Origin: Octopus sinensis
Taxonomy: Eukaryota
Length of the DNA stretch: 64,000 nt
Direction of reading: 5' to 3'
Assembly: GCF_006345805.1 (NCBI RefSeq)
Contig: NC_043010.1
Coordinates: 59,706,001 to 59,770,000, forward strand
The position numbers and the translations under genes are program-made. Below, piece after piece: positions 62,301 to 64,000 of this stretch. The notes under the pieces were generated by a model, which searched no databases, was not told the origin of the DNA, and saw only the letters and a list, made by a program, of their open reading frames with translations. How positions within the stretch are numbered: position 1 is the first letter of the stretch; every line of letters starts with the position of its first letter.

Positions 62301-63724
62301 ACATCAGGCCCAGTCTGATCTGGCAGTGTTTCTACGGCCGGATGCCCTTCCTAACGCCAACCACTCCGCGAGTGTATGTATTAATATTGTTAGAATTATC
62401 ATTCCATGATTTTTTATTGTCATTTTGTGCTATCATTGCATAATTGAACACAGCATCATGTGTTTTGACTACATGCAATGTTTTACAAGTTGTATAATTA
62501 GGTGGTGAATTGGCAGAGCCATTACAGTGTCAAACCAAATGGTTTGTGGTATCAGTTGACTCTCTGCCCTCTGATGTCAAAGCCTGCCAAGGTCACCTTT
62601 GTTTTCCATCCTTTTAAGGTTATTAAAAAGTACTGATTCAAGGCAATGGGTTGGCCGAACTGTAAGAATGTTGGACCATAAGTCCTCTGCTATTTGTTCT
62701 GGCTCTTTGCTTTCTGAGTTCAGTTTGTGCTATAGTCTGCTTGGGTGATAGACGTAACCCCCTCACCCTATTTAGCTCTACCACTTGGCATCTTAGGTGC
62801 CTTTAGCAAAGCCTACTTTGTTGCAAGCATTTAGGTCAGGAGCCAGCTGTGAGACTATCTTCCTCCCTCCCTCCCAGCAATAGCAGAGGCCCACTAACAT
62901 GTCATCTCGACACTGCCTTTCCTCCTAACTATAATATTAAAAAAGAAAAAGACAATATAAGTCCAAGCATGTGCAGTGTTTGGTAGTGCTGTTGTCTGTA
63001 TGTTTGTGCTTGTCTAATTACTAAGATATTGATTATGAATTTGTCCACAACTTTTTAACCCTTTCCAAACTACCTGTTATTATGGGGATTGTTTCTGTTT
63101 TCAATCTCCACATTCTGATTATCTGTATTTCCAAATCTTTATGTTTATATAGTGAACACATTTCTTTTAAATATACACATCACTGTCTGTTTTAATATCT
63201 CCACTAATCTTGTACTGAAATATTTATGTCAACATGTCTAACTGAAATTGAAAGTATATTCTTGAAACTATCAAATTATATGAAGCAGTATAATATAAAA
63301 GGAATTTTAGAAGTTTTTTAATAAACTTAGCCTTCAAGCACAGTTATACATTCATCTAATTTGATCAGCTTGTGAACCAGAGAAGTCACTAAATGAACTG
63401 TATTTTATTTAACAATTCCAATCTAATTAAGATATCATCTCAATTATTTTAATTATTATTGTTGTTTTAATTTTATATTTTAGTTTAACTAACTGACTAT
63501 AATCTTATTCACTGAATGTTGTGGGCAAAAGATTGATTTCCAATTAATAAACTTTCTTTATGTAGAATATCTAAGTTTATTTGATGTATATATGTATTTC
63601 AGGAATCTATGGTGGTGCCCCACCCGATGTATCAAGCACCAGTGAGAGAGACCATTACCAAGACAGATATGTGAAACCTCCAGAGAGACAGTTACCTTCA
63701 ACACCAGATGTTGTTGTCAGTTAA
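56307..63724 (+). CDS. PCDH: Protocadherin G7, join(56307..58664,60356..60509,63603..63724), 877 aa
   Basis: Intact ORF and homologous splice sites; exon-2 acceptor tttcag|56251; 5' exon donor after 52928. Confidence 0.93.
60656..60954 (-). mobile_element. tRNA-derived SINE, well preserved
   Basis: Reverse strand begins gtggaagcacatggcctagtggttagagc (A box) ... ggtttgaatct (B box), followed by a GC-richer body. Confidence 0.8.
61150..61680 (-). mobile_element. Fragment of an RLE-type (HERO/NeSL-like) non-LTR retrotransposon
   Basis: Minus strand reads LVELTVPHENNADATQVRKDG*HEMLHEDCIAVGWRV / IEVGCRSF, matching the restriction-like endonuclease motif ELTVPxExN..A..RK..Y..L..GW..EVGCRGF; contains a stop and a frameshift. 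Confidence 0.65.
62219..62375 (-). mobile_element. 3' end of the (GAT)n-tail retroelement family, reverse orientation
   Basis: catcatcat..ccgttttccatgctagcatgggttggacgg...gatgcccttcctaacgccaaccactccgcgagtg is the reverse complement of the 38775..39033 family. Confidence 0.7.
62500..62720 (+). mobile_element. Degenerate SINE fragments
   Basis: ggtggtgaattggcagagcc...ttccatccttttaaggttattaaaaagtac and ttggccgaactgtaagaatgttgg...ctgagttcag resemble the 39283 family. Confidence 0.4.
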
Positions 63725-64000
63725 GTGAGACTGAGAAAGGAACACAACAGAAATAATATCACCTTTAACATTCACACAACATTTAAAAATAACAGAAATA
63801 TATTAGTTACATAATAATATTATCTGCATATAATTGGATATATTCTTGTGTGTGTGTATATATATATATGGGATATTTCCTTAGAAGACTAATTTAGCAG
63901 CTTTGGATATGAACAATTTCAATCAAATTCTAACACTTTAATTGCATAGGCAAAAGAAATATTTTAAGAATTTAAAAATAAAAACTCAGACGAGGAAAAT

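Noticed and set aside
1-64000. CRISPR array, rRNA or prokaryotic systems
   Set aside because: None seen; the repeats are kilobase-scale gene paralogs, TEs and microsatellites in an intron-containing eukaryotic locus.

Overview
Eukaryotic, AT-rich, repeat-rich DNA containing a head-to-tail tandem array of seven intact protocadherin genes (G1-G7, all + strand). The gene family, cluster layout and SINE/LINE/Helitron content point to a coleoid cephalopod, most likely an octopus (inference; species not determinable). Each gene has four exons: (1) a 5' exon inside a near-identical ~500-bp promoter/exon-1 cassette (G1's lies upstream of the window); (2) one large exon with exactly 2358 coding nt (signal peptide, 6 cadherin repeats, TM, juxtamembrane); (3) a 154-nt cytoplasmic exon; (4) a terminal exon with 122 coding nt. 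The predicted product is 877 aa in every gene. The raw ORF calls overrun the exon-2 splice donor and miss exons 3-4. Main observations: EC1, EC4-EC6, TM and tail are almost identical between paralogs, while EC2-EC3 is a hypervariable patchwork, as in vertebrate clustered protocadherins but with private, homogenised 'constant' exons; a 15-codon uORF split across intron 1 keeps its length and frame in all copies, preceded by a second 15-codon uORF; the tail carries QYEEIP, a canonical Src-family SH2 ligand sequence; G5 has a duplicated splice acceptor leading to an immediate stop; non-coding flanks show chimeric ancestry. TE boundaries are approximate and TE family calls come from motif recognition, not database searches.
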